Shown here: positions 17,528 through 25,584 of the stretch, in pieces
Layout: each line of letters begins with the position of its first letter
Numbering within the stretch: the stretch's first letter is position 1
From: Verrucomicrobiota bacterium
Lineage (GTDB): Bacteria > Verrucomicrobiota > Verrucomicrobiia > Limisphaerales > CANJXF01
Direction of reading: 5' to 3'
Length of the DNA stretch: 64,000 nucleotides
NCBI GenBank assembly: GCA_038214755.1
Contig: JBBQRQ010000005.1
Coordinates: 1-64,000, forward strand
Position numbers and translations under genes: made by a program
Notes under the pieces: generated by a model
Databases searched by the model: none
What the model was told of the DNA's origin: nothing
What the model saw: only the letters and a program-made list of their open reading frames with translations

Positions 17528-18990
17528 AAATGAAATTAGTTTTGGCCGCTGAAAAACTCAAAAAACAATGGAAGGTAGGGCGCGTCACTCCGTGCGCGCC
17601 GCTTGAGCGATTCAATTCAAATTCATCGAATCTCGGCAATTGTTTGATGCGACGACGGCGCGCACGGAGTGACGCGCCCTACCTTCAATCAACCTCAGGT
17701 CTTCGACTCGTTTTACAAAAATCTCGGATTTTTTATTTCATCGTTCCGGTGCTGATGGCGGGCATCGTGTTGCTGACAACATCGTGTTCCAAAAAATCCC
17801 AGTCGGATGCCCAAAGCGACGTGGCGTACTACACCTGCGCCATGCATCCGTCCGTGAAGAGCCAGGATCCAAAAGCAAAGTGCCCGATTTGCGGAATGGA
17901 TTTGATCCCGGTTATGAAGCGGGCGGAGCGGGGGGGCAAGGGAGCGTCAGAGCGTGAGAGCGTTCCACCTGACAACGCTCAACACGCTTCACACGAATTC
18001 ACTGTGCCAATTTCGCGGCAACAAATGATTGGTGTGACTTACGCGACGGTTGAGAAAAGGCCGCTTCAAAAACAGATTCGCACGGTCGGGATTGTCGCCT
18101 ACGACAAGCAACGTCATTGGGATTATGTGAGTCGCGTTGAAGGCTACGTGCAGAAATTATTTGTGTCATCGCGCGGAGAACTCGTTGAAAAAAATTCACC
18201 GCTTCTCACCATTTACAGCCCGGAACTTCTGACCACGCAACGTGAATTCCTCAATCTCTTGCGGATGCGTGATGAAGCCAAAAAATCCGGTTCAACTGCG
18301 GCTGCGGAAAGTGCGGAAAGTCTGATCGAATCCGCCAAAGTGCGCCTGCGTTTGTGGAACATCAACGACGAGCAAATCGCAAAATTGGAAGAATCACGCA
18401 AAGGGGAAGAAACGCTCACCCTTTATTCGCCGTTCAAAGGTGTCATTCAGGATTTGCCGGTGGACCAGGGCAGGCGCGTAATGATGGGCGATCATTTGGT
18501 GGACATCGCGGACCTTTCCGTGATTTGGGTCTGGGCGGAATTTTATCAGGACGAATTGCCGTTGCTCAAAAAAGGACTGACTTTGACCATCCGCACATCT
18601 TCTTATCCAAACGAAAAATTCAGCGGCGAGATCACCGCAATTGATCCGTTTATCAACGAGGCCAAGCGCACCGGGCGCGTGCGCATTGAGGTTAATAATG
18701 CGGACTTCAAACTTCAACCCGACATGTATGTGGACGTGACTCTTCAACTTAAAATGGGCGAAGGCTTGACGGTTCCCCTCAGCGCCGTAATGCCGACGGG
18801 CCAACGTAACATCGTTTTTTTAGACAAGGGTGAAGGCAAATTGGAACCGCGCTTCATCGAGTTATCTGGGAAGTTTGGCGAATTTTACGCGGTCACATCC
18901 GGGTTGCAGTCAGGCGACCAAGTCGTCAGCAGCGCCAATTTTCTGATTGATGCCGAATCAAAAATTCAGGGCGCTTTGAAGTCGTGGTGA
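17524..18990 (+). CDS. cusB: CusB-like RND periplasmic adaptor with heavy-metal-binding domain
   Basis: YYTCAMHP..KCPICGMDLIP HMBD; SRVEGYVQKL, IYSPELL.TQ.E and NFLIDAES. ATG overlaps the tolC stop, but a later start is possible. Confidence 0.9.
   Translation: MKMKLVLAAEKLKKQWKVGRVTPCAPLERFNSNSSNLGNCLMRRRRARSDAPYLQSTSGLRLVLQKSRIFYFIVPVLMAGIVLLTTSCSKKSQSDAQSDVAYYTCAMHPSVKSQDPKAKCPICGMDLIPVMKRAERGGKGASERESVPPDNAQHASHEFTVPISRQQMIGVTYATVEKRPLQKQIRTVGIVAYDKQRHWDYVSRVEGYVQKLFVSSRGELVEKNSPLLTIYSPELLTTQREFLNLLRMRDEAKKSGSTAAAESAESLIESAKVRLRLWNINDEQIAKLEESRKGEETLTLYSPFKGVIQDLPVDQGRRVMMGDHLVDIADLSVIWVWAEFYQDELPLLKKGLTLTIRTSSYPNEKFSGEITAIDPFINEAKRTGRVRIEVNNADFKLQPDMYVDVTLQLKMGEGLTVPLSAVMPTGQRNIVFLDKGEGKLEPRFIELSGKFGEFYAVTSGLQSGDQVVSSANFLIDAESKIQGALKSW
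17571..17686. repeat. Perfect 31-bp GTAG-REP inverted pair within the cusB 5' region
   Basis: gaaggtagggcgcgtcactccgtgcgcgccg (17571-17601) and its exact reverse complement (17656-17686). Confidence 0.92.
17916..17996. repeat. GAGCGT/ACGCTC cluster 2 (in frame in the cusB linker)
   Basis: gcggagcgg..ggagcgtcagagcgtgagagcgtt..acgctcaacacgcttcacacg. Confidence 0.8.
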
Positions 18991-19075
18991 GCGGAGGAGC
19001 GGGCGAGCGTGAAGAGCGTGGAGAGCGTGGCTGTTTCCACGCTCGACACGCTCGACACGTTCGACACGTTCGCCG
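18988..19075. repeat. GAGCGT/ACGCTC cluster 3 (intergenic, before the four-helix-bundle gene)
   Basis: gagcggaggagcgggcgagcgtgaagagcgtggagagcgtgg..ccacgctcgacacgctcgacacgttcgacacgttcg. Confidence 0.85.
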
Positions 19076-19110
19076 GCTCAAACAGGAACTAACAAAAAAA
19101 GGCAAATAAA

Positions 19111-19647
19111 ATGAGAGTGGCTGATTACAAACAATTGCGCGTTTACCAACTGGCGTTCCAGTCCGCGATGGAAATTTTTCATCTCAGCAAAAAATTTCCG
19201 TCAGAAGAAAAATTTTCCCTCACTGACCAGATTCGCCGTTCGTCGCGTTCGGTTTGCACGAATATCGCGGAAGCCTGGCGCAAGCGGCGATACGAATTGG
19301 CATTCATCAGCAAGCTCAGTGATTCAGATGCCGAAGCTGCGGAAACAGAAGTGCACCTCGATTTTGCCCTGGCCTGTGGCTATCTCGCCACGGATGCACA
19401 CGCGAAATTACAGGACCACTACGACCACATTTGCCGCCAGTTGCGTACAATGATGGATGACGCTTCGTCGTGGTGCGGCAATGAAAATAAATTGCGCGAG
19501 TTTCCGGCGGAGTATGTCGTGAAGAGCGTGGAGCGTCAGAGCGGGACGAGCGTGGAAGCGTCGGAGCGTGACGTTCCCAAACGCATTTTACGCTATCCAC
19601 GCTCGTCCCGCTCCTCACGCTCAAAACCCACTCCTCCCCAATCATGA
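19111..19647 (+). CDS. Four-helix-bundle protein (23S rRNA intervening-sequence protein / Avd-like family)
   Basis: YKQLRVYQLA..FPSEEKFSLTDQIRRSSRSVCTNIAEAWRKRRY..FISKLSDSDAEAAET..ALACGYL is the family signature. The last ~40 codons are repeat-derived. Confidence 0.9.
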   Translation: MRVADYKQLRVYQLAFQSAMEIFHLSKKFPSEEKFSLTDQIRRSSRSVCTNIAEAWRKRRYELAFISKLSDSDAEAAETEVHLDFALACGYLATDAHAKLQDHYDHICRQLRTMMDDASSWCGNENKLREFPAEYVVKSVERQSGTSVEASERDVPKRILRYPRSSRSSRSKPTPPQS

Positions 19648-19725
19648 CGCCAGAACCTCCCCACATCCCACGCCTCCCAGACGCTCCACGCTCCGACGCT
19701 CCCCCCGCTCCCCCCGCTCCCCCCC
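19519..19725. repeat. GAGCGT/ACGCTC cluster 4 spanning the four-helix-bundle 3' end and the cusA start
   Basis: gaagagcgtggagcgtcagagcgggacgagcgtggaagcgtcggagcgtg ... acgctcgtcccgctcctcacgctc ... acgctccacgctccgacgctccccccgctcccccc. Confidence 0.85.
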
Positions 19726-22700
19726 TCATCGAACGTGTCATCGAAGCGAGTGGACGAAACATGTTCCTTGTTTTCATATTCGTATTTTTCGGAATTGCCG
19801 GTGGCATTTGGGCGCTGATGCGCACGCCGCTCGATGCCATTCCCGACCTGAGCGACGTGCAGGTAATTGTCTATACCGATTGGGAAGGCCGCTCGCCCGA
19901 CCTGGTGGAAGACCAAATCACTTATCCGATTTCCACTCGATTCATTGCCGCGCCAAAAGTGAAATTCGTTCGCGGCGAATCGATGTTTGGCAAATCTTTT
20001 GTCTATGTGATTTTCGAGGACGGCACGGATATTTACTGGGCACGGTCGCGAGTCATCGAATATCTCAGCGCGGTTCGCGGCATGTTGCCGGAAGGTGTCA
20101 ATCCCGTCATCGGTCCAGACGCGACCGGCGTCGGTTGGGTTTATGAATACGCGCTCGTGGACAAAACCGGGAAACACAATCTCGCCGAGTTGCGCTCGTT
20201 TCAGGATTGGAATCTTCGATACGCATTGGAGTCGGTCAAAGGCGTGGCCGAAGTTGCGCCGGTCGGCGGTTTCGTCAAGCAATACCAGGTCGATATCGAC
20301 CCGAACAAACTCGTCGGTTACGGAGTAACGCTCAAAGATGTCATCGAAAAAATTCGGATGTCGAACAACGACGTGGGCGGAAAAATTTTTGAAGTTGCCA
20401 CGACGGAATATTACGTGCGCGGTCGCGGCTACATCAAAAGCATCGAAGACATCGAAGACATTCCGCTCAAGGTCATCAAGGGCACTCCGGTTTACATCAA
20501 AAATATCGGCACGGTTCATTTGGGGCCGGATATTCGGCGCGGCATTGCGGAGTTAAATGGCGAAGGCGAAGTGGTCGGCGGAATTGTCGTGATGCGCTAC
20601 GGCGAAAATGCGTTGCGCGTCATTGACGGCATCAAAAAGAAATTGGCAGAAATCAAACCGTCGCTGCCCGAAGGCGTCGAAATTGTTCCCACGTACGACC
20701 GCAGCACTTTAATTAAAAATTCCATCGCCACGCTCCGCGAAAAGTTGATTGAAGAGTGCATCATCGTCGCTTTGGTTTGCTTGATTTTTCTTTGGCACAT
20801 CCGCTCGGCGCTGGTGGCCATTATCACTTTGCCGATTGCCATCACACTTTCCTTTTTGCCGATGCATTGGCTCGGCCTGACTTCCAACATCATGTCGCTC
20901 GGAGGCATTGCCATCGCGATTGGAGCGATGGTCGATGCGGCCATCATCATGGTGGAAAATGCGCATGCTTCGTTGGAGCGTGTTGAGCGGGAGGAGAGTG
21001 TTGAGCGTGGGGAGCGTGGAGAGCGTGACGCTCAGACGCTCGGACGCTCAACACGCTCCGACATAATCCTCGCGGCAGCCAAAAGCGTCGGACGGCCTCT
21101 CTTCTTCTCACTGCTCGTCATCACCGTGAGCTTCATTCCGGTTTTTTCCCTCGAAGCACAGGAAGGCCGGCTTTTTAGTCCGCTCGCCTTCACCAAAACT
21201 TTTTCCATGTTTTTTGCCGCGCTGCTCGGCGTGACGCTCGTGCCGGTGCTGATGGTGCTGTTGATTCGAGGAAAAATAACGCCGGAAGCAAAAAATCCGG
21301 TGAACCGTTTTTTGATCTGGGCTTACCAACCGTTCGTCCATTTCGTGCTGCGTTTTCGCTGGCTCGTGATCTTTTTGGCGCTCGTGATTTTGGGAGTGAC
21401 GGCGTTTCCGTATTTGAAACTCGGCAAAGAATTCATGCCGCCGCTCAACGAGGGAACCATCCTTTTCATGCCCACCGCCGTGCCAGGCATGTCGATTACC
21501 GAAGCGACAAAAATTTTGCAAATCCAGGATCGGCTGTTGCGGGGAATTCCAGAAGTGGAACGCGTTTTCGGCAAAGCCGGCCAATCAGAAACGCCCACCG
21601 ACCCCGCGCCGCTGGCCATGTTTGAAACCGTTGTCATGCTCAAGCCACATGAAAAATGGCGCGCGGGAATGACCTGGAAAAAAATCATCGCGGAGATGAA
21701 CGAAAATTTAAAAACGCCCGGCATGGCGAACATTTTCTGGATGCCCATTCAGACGCGCACAGAAATGTTGACGACTGGATTTCGCAGCGTTCTCGGCATC
21801 AAAGTTTTCGGACCGGACCTCGGCGTCATTCAAGACGTGGGCGTGCAAATTGAAAAGACGCTCACCGATTTTCCAAACACGCGCAGTGTTTTTGCCGAGC
21901 GGACCACGGGCGGTTACTTCCTCGACTTCACGGTGAATCGCAAAGCCGCCGCTCGCTACGGCCTCACGGTCGGAGACGTGAACGACGTTATTGAAACTGC
22001 GATTGGCGGAAAGACCATCGCGACGACGGTCGAAAAACGTGAGCGCTATCCGATCAATGTCCGTTACGCCCGTGATTTCCGCGACGATCTTGATGCCCTC
22101 AAGCGCGTGCTCGTCTCCGTGCCGGTGGATCGGGGGGAGCGTGAAGAGCGTGGTGAGCGTGAGAGCGTGAACGCTCCGACGCTCTCACGCTCTTCACGCT
22201 CCGACACTCTCACGCTCAACGTCCCCCTCGGCATGCTCGCCGACATCAGTTTCAAAACAGGGCCGCCATCGATTCGCAATGAAAACGGCCAGCTCGTCGG
22301 TTTCGTTTTCGTGGATGTGACTACTGCTGATATTGACGGCTATGTTCGCGAAGCCAAAAAGCGCGTCACCGAGCGAGTAAAATTTCCTCCCGGCTATTAC
22401 GTTCAATGGGCCGGGCAATTTGAATATCTTAAGAGCGCGGAGAAGCGACTCCAAGTTGTCATCCCATTCACGCTCCTGATTATTTTCGTTCTGATTTACC
22501 TCAACACCCGGTCGGTCGTCAAAACCGCCATCGTCCTCCTCGCCGTTCCATTTTCGCTCGTGGGCGCATTCTGGTTTCTCTATCTGCTCGGATACAATTT
22601 GAGCGTTGCCGTTTGGGTGGGGCTGATCGCGCTGGCCGGACTCGATGCGGAAACTGGCGTCGTTATGTTGCTCTATCTGGATCATGCGTGGGAAAAATTT

Positions 22701-23027
22701 CGCGCTGAAAAACGCATGAACACCCTTGACGATTTGGAGGCAGCAACGATTGAAGGCGCCGTGCAACGCATTCGCCCGAAAGCCATGACCATTTGCGCCA
22801 TCCTGTTTGGATTACTTCCCATCATGTGGTCGCCCACGACCCAAGCCGGAGCCGACGTGATGAAACGCATTGCCGCGCCGATGATCGGCGGCGTGATTAC
22901 TTCGGGCGTTCTGGAATTGCTTATTTACCCGGCGATTTACGTCATCTGGCGCCGTCGTCACTTGCCCAAAGAATCGCGTCATGAAATGCGGTTGACTGCG
23001 CTGACGACGAAGCCTGACAAAGCGTGA
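19644..23027 (+). CDS. cusA: CusA-family heavy-metal efflux RND permease
   Basis: PLDAIPDLSDVQVIVYT, LRSFQDW, NIMSLGGIAIAIGAMVDAAIIMVEN, EFMPPLNEG and GAVQRIRPK.MT motifs. Confidence 0.95.
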   Translation: MTPEPPHIPRLPDAPRSDAPPAPPAPPLIERVIEASGRNMFLVFIFVFFGIAGGIWALMRTPLDAIPDLSDVQVIVYTDWEGRSPDLVEDQITYPISTRFIAAPKVKFVRGESMFGKSFVYVIFEDGTDIYWARSRVIEYLSAVRGMLPEGVNPVIGPDATGVGWVYEYALVDKTGKHNLAELRSFQDWNLRYALESVKGVAEVAPVGGFVKQYQVDIDPNKLVGYGVTLKDVIEKIRMSNNDVGGKIFEVATTEYYVRGRGYIKSIEDIEDIPLKVIKGTPVYIKNIGTVHLGPDIRRGIAELNGEGEVVGGIVVMRYGENALRVIDGIKKKLAEIKPSLPEGVEIVPTYDRSTLIKNSIATLREKLIEECIIVALVCLIFLWHIRSALVAIITLPIAITLSFLPMHWLGLTSNIMSLGGIAIAIGAMVDAAIIMVENAHASLERVEREESVERGERGERDAQTLGRSTRSDIILAAAKSVGRPLFFSLLVITVSFIPVFSLEAQEGRLFSPLAFTKTFSMFFAALLGVTLVPVLMVLLIRGKITPEAKNPVNRFLIWAYQPFVHFVLRFRWLVIFLALVILGVTAFPYLKLGKEFMPPLNEGTILFMPTAVPGMSITEATKILQIQDRLLRGIPEVERVFGKAGQSETPTDPAPLAMFETVVMLKPHEKWRAGMTWKKIIAEMNENLKTPGMANIFWMPIQTRTEMLTTGFRSVLGIKVFGPDLGVIQDVGVQIEKTLTDFPNTRSVFAERTTGGYFLDFTVNRKAAARYGLTVGDVNDVIETAIGGKTIATTVEKRERYPINVRYARDFRDDLDALKRVLVSVPVDRGEREERGERESVNAPTLSRSSRSDTLTLNVPLGMLADISFKTGPPSIRNENGQLVGFVFVDVTTADIDGYVREAKKRVTERVKFPPGYYVQWAGQFEYLKSAEKRLQVVIPFTLLIIFVLIYLNTRSVVKTAIVLLAVPFSLVGAFWFLYLLGYNLSVAVWVGLIALAGLDAETGVVMLLYLDHAWEKFRAEKRMNTLDDLEAATIEGAVQRIRPKAMTICAILFGLLPIMWSPTTQAGADVMKRIAAPMIGGVITSGVLELLIYPAIYVIWRRRHLPKESRHEMRLTALTTKPDKA
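20971..21062. repeat. GAGCGT/ACGCTC cluster 5 (in frame in cusA)
   Basis: Encodes LERVEREESVERGERGERDAQTLGRSTRSD right after IIMVENAH. Confidence 0.85.
22127..22220. repeat. GAGCGT/ACGCTC cluster 6 (in frame in cusA)
   Basis: Encodes DRGEREERGERESVNAPTLSRSSRSDTLTLN between LKRVLVSVPV and VPLGMLA. Confidence 0.88.
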
Positions 23028-23078
23028 GTCTTCACCCTGGAGCGGCGCGTTTGTGACCGCCGGTGAAAATAATTTGCG

Positions 23079-23238
23079 AGGAGCGCGGACCGCCTTGTCC
23101 GCGTGTATCGAATTCAGTAAACGAGACGCTCGACTTCATCCCGCTCCGGTTGAGCGGGAAAAAGTTTTCAGCAAACGGAAAAAAGAGAGGCGTTTTTTTA
23201 CCTCTCGGATTTGCGCGGACATGGCTGTCCGCGCTCCT
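23079..23238. repeat. REP-like inverted pair between convergent cusA and batB
   Basis: aggagcgcggaccgccttgtccgcg ... cgcggacatggctgtccgcgctcct. Confidence 0.8.
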
Positions 23239-23255
23239 TTTCTTGAAGTTGAGTC

Positions 23256-25205
23256 TTACCAATCTTTCAATTTGCGACTGGCCGAATTCGCTTTTTTTTC
23301 CGGCTTAAAGATCAAGGTTTTGTCGTCCTGCTTCTGCATGTCGAGAAATTGGCGCGCTTGTTCGGGCGTCATCTGCCCGGCGGCCATCGCCATTGCTTCC
23401 TCTTGTTTCTGTTCGCCATCCGGCTTTGGCTCTTTGCCTTCTTTTTGCGACTTTTTTTTCTGTTCTTCTTTGGCTTTTTCTTCCTGAGATTTTTTTTCTC
23501 CCTGCGACTTCTTCTCCTCGGGCGATTGTTTTTCCTGCCTCGCCGAATCTTTCTTTTGATCCTCGGACTTGTCGGAATCTTTTTTTTCCTGCTGCTGCTT
23601 CTGTTGTTGTTGGTCGTTCTTTTGGTCCTGCTTCTCTTTGTCCTGTTTGTCCTGATCTTTGTTTTCTTTGTTCTGATCTTTTTTCGACTGCTGTTTTGGT
23701 TGCTGCTGTTGTTTTTTCAACTCTTCCAATTTCTTTTTTACAAACTCCAAATTATTTTTGGCGTCGGCATCCTGCAAATTGAGCTTCAATGAATTTTCAA
23801 AACTTTGCGCCGCGTTTTCCCAGGCGGTTTGTTTTTTTTCAGGCTCCTCCACTTGTTCGCCTGCTTCGAACAACGTATTTCCCAAATTGTAATACGACTG
23901 TTGCTGCAATTTCAGATCGGGCGACGCGGTCGCGGCGTTGAAAAATTTCTCCGCGTCCTCCAGTTGTTTTGCTTTGTAGGCGGCGGCCCCGGCGTTGTAA
24001 CTCAAACGCAAATCGTTGGTGCGTTGACGGCTCAATTTTTTAAACTCATCCATCGCCGTGTGAAAATTTCCGGCGTCGTAATCGCGCAACGCGCTGGCTG
24101 GAGATGCCATCACTGAACCTCCGCCCAACAGGAAAAACAAAGCGCCCACTGCTGCGGCGGTAACCGTTTTGTTGTTGGAAATTTCTTTTCCAGCCGCGCA
24201 CTCGACTCGTTTGCGATGCGGCAAAAACATTTCCAGAAGAAGCAGAGCAATCGCAATTCCCAGAGGCCAATGGAATCGCTCGCGCGCCTGGCGAATGAGT
24301 TTTGTCGTCGAATCAGACTTGGGCAGCGGAGCCAGACCTTGCGCATACAGCATCTCCATTGGCTTGGCCCCTTGCAGCGGCAGATAAAATCCGTCAGCTT
24401 TTTTGGCGATCTTGCGCAGCAACGTTTCGTCGAGCCGCGATTTCACCGCGTTGCCGGAATCATCTTTGAGAAAACCCAAATTACCTTGTTCGTCCGGGAC
24501 GCGAATCAATTCTCCCTCCGCAGTGCCGACTCCAATTGTGAAAATTTTCATTCCTTCTTTGGCGGCTTTTTCCGCGGCCTCTTCCGCGCCAGTGTCCTGA
24601 TCTTCCCCATCGGTGAACAGCACAAGCACTTTGTGATTCTCATTTCCTTTTTCAAATGCAGTCAGCGCCGATTCAATCGCTTCGGTGATCGCCGTGCCGC
24701 CCTGCGGGATGATCCCGACATCGAGCGCATCAACGCTTTGCCGAAACGCGTCTTCGTCGAGGGTGAGCGGGCATTGCAAAAACGCCGAGCCGGCAAACGC
24801 CACCAAACCGAGGCGATCATTTTTGGCGAGCCGCATCAAATCCAGCGCGGCGAGTTTGGCGCGGGACAAACGATTGGGCGCGACGTCCGCCGCCAACATG
24901 CTGCGCGACGTATCGATGGCGACAACAATATCCAATCCGCGTTGATGCGCTTCTTCGAGGGAAAATCCCCATTGTGGGCGGGCCATCGCCAAAATTAAAA
25001 AGACGACCGCAGCCACCAGCAACACGAGCCGAAGTTTTTGACGCGCCTGGGACACACCGACAGTGAGATTGGCCAGCAACCGCGACTGCACAAATTGGGC
25101 GATCAGTTTTTGTTTCGCGCGGCAGCTCCAGAGGAGAAACGCGCACAGCGGCGCGACGAAAAGAAGAAGCAGCCAAAGCATTTCTGGTTGGGCGAATAAA
25201 TTCAT
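23256..25205 (-). CDS. batB: BatB-BatC-like fusion: vWA domain + TPR + Gln/Lys-rich linker
   Basis: ARPQWG, DTSRSMLAADVAPNRL MIDAS, FTDGED, SRLDE; then TPR YNLGN and the terminal LKDW typical of BatC. Confidence 0.85.
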   Translation of the reverse strand: MNLFAQPEMLWLLLLFVAPLCAFLLWSCRAKQKLIAQFVQSRLLANLTVGVSQARQKLRLVLLVAAVVFLILAMARPQWGFSLEEAHQRGLDIVVAIDTSRSMLAADVAPNRLSRAKLAALDLMRLAKNDRLGLVAFAGSAFLQCPLTLDEDAFRQSVDALDVGIIPQGGTAITEAIESALTAFEKGNENHKVLVLFTDGEDQDTGAEEAAEKAAKEGMKIFTIGVGTAEGELIRVPDEQGNLGFLKDDSGNAVKSRLDETLLRKIAKKADGFYLPLQGAKPMEMLYAQGLAPLPKSDSTTKLIRQARERFHWPLGIAIALLLLEMFLPHRKRVECAAGKEISNNKTVTAAAVGALFFLLGGGSVMASPASALRDYDAGNFHTAMDEFKKLSRQRTNDLRLSYNAGAAAYKAKQLEDAEKFFNAATASPDLKLQQQSYYNLGNTLFEAGEQVEEPEKKQTAWENAAQSFENSLKLNLQDADAKNNLEFVKKKLEELKKQQQQPKQQSKKDQNKENKDQDKQDKEKQDQKNDQQQQKQQQEKKDSDKSEDQKKDSARQEKQSPEEKKSQGEKKSQEEKAKEEQKKKSQKEGKEPKPDGEQKQEEAMAMAAGQMTPEQARQFLDMQKQDDKTLIFKPEKKANSASRKLKDW

Positions 25206-25259
25206 CGTGACATTTTAAACTCGCGGCTTGAAGCCGCAACAATCCCGCAAGCGGGACTG

Positions 25260-25478
25260 GGGCGCATCTCAGTTTCTTGCAACTCGAATACCCCTCTCAT
25301 TAGCACCCGGCTTCAGCCGGGTGAACAGGAACAGATTGCGACCCTCAACCGCTTCAGCGGTTTCCCGCATGGGGCAAACCGCTGAAGCGGTTGAACTCGC
25401 CTCACGACCTCAACACCCGGCTGAAGCCGGGTGCTAATGAGATTCGGAACGAACATTGCAAGAAACTGAGATGCGCCC
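25260..25478. mobile_element. 219-bp MITE with 23-bp terminal inverted repeats and 9-bp target duplication
   Basis: TIR gggcgcatctcagtttcttgcaa / ttgcaagaaactgagatgcgccc. GCGGGACTG flanks both ends (25251-25259 and 25479-25487). Inverted copy at 29723-29943. Confidence 0.88.
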
Positions 25479-25584
25479 GCGGGACTGGAAGCCTGCGCTA
25501 CGTAGCGAACGCATCTTTGCGTGCAAGTTGCGGCGGCTTCCAGCCGCCAGTAAATCGTAAATCGTAAATCGTAAATCCAAAATC

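Noticed and set aside
19111..19647. Diversity-generating retroelement (Avd-like gene)
   Set aside because: No reverse transcriptase and no TR/VR pair differing at adenines was seen in the window.
18990..19700. 23S rRNA gene with intervening sequence
   Set aside because: The flanks are cusB and cusA coding sequence; no rRNA sequence recognised.
23349..23792. Very hydrophobic + strand ORF
   Set aside because: It is the antisense of the Gln/Lys/Glu-rich linker of batB/C.
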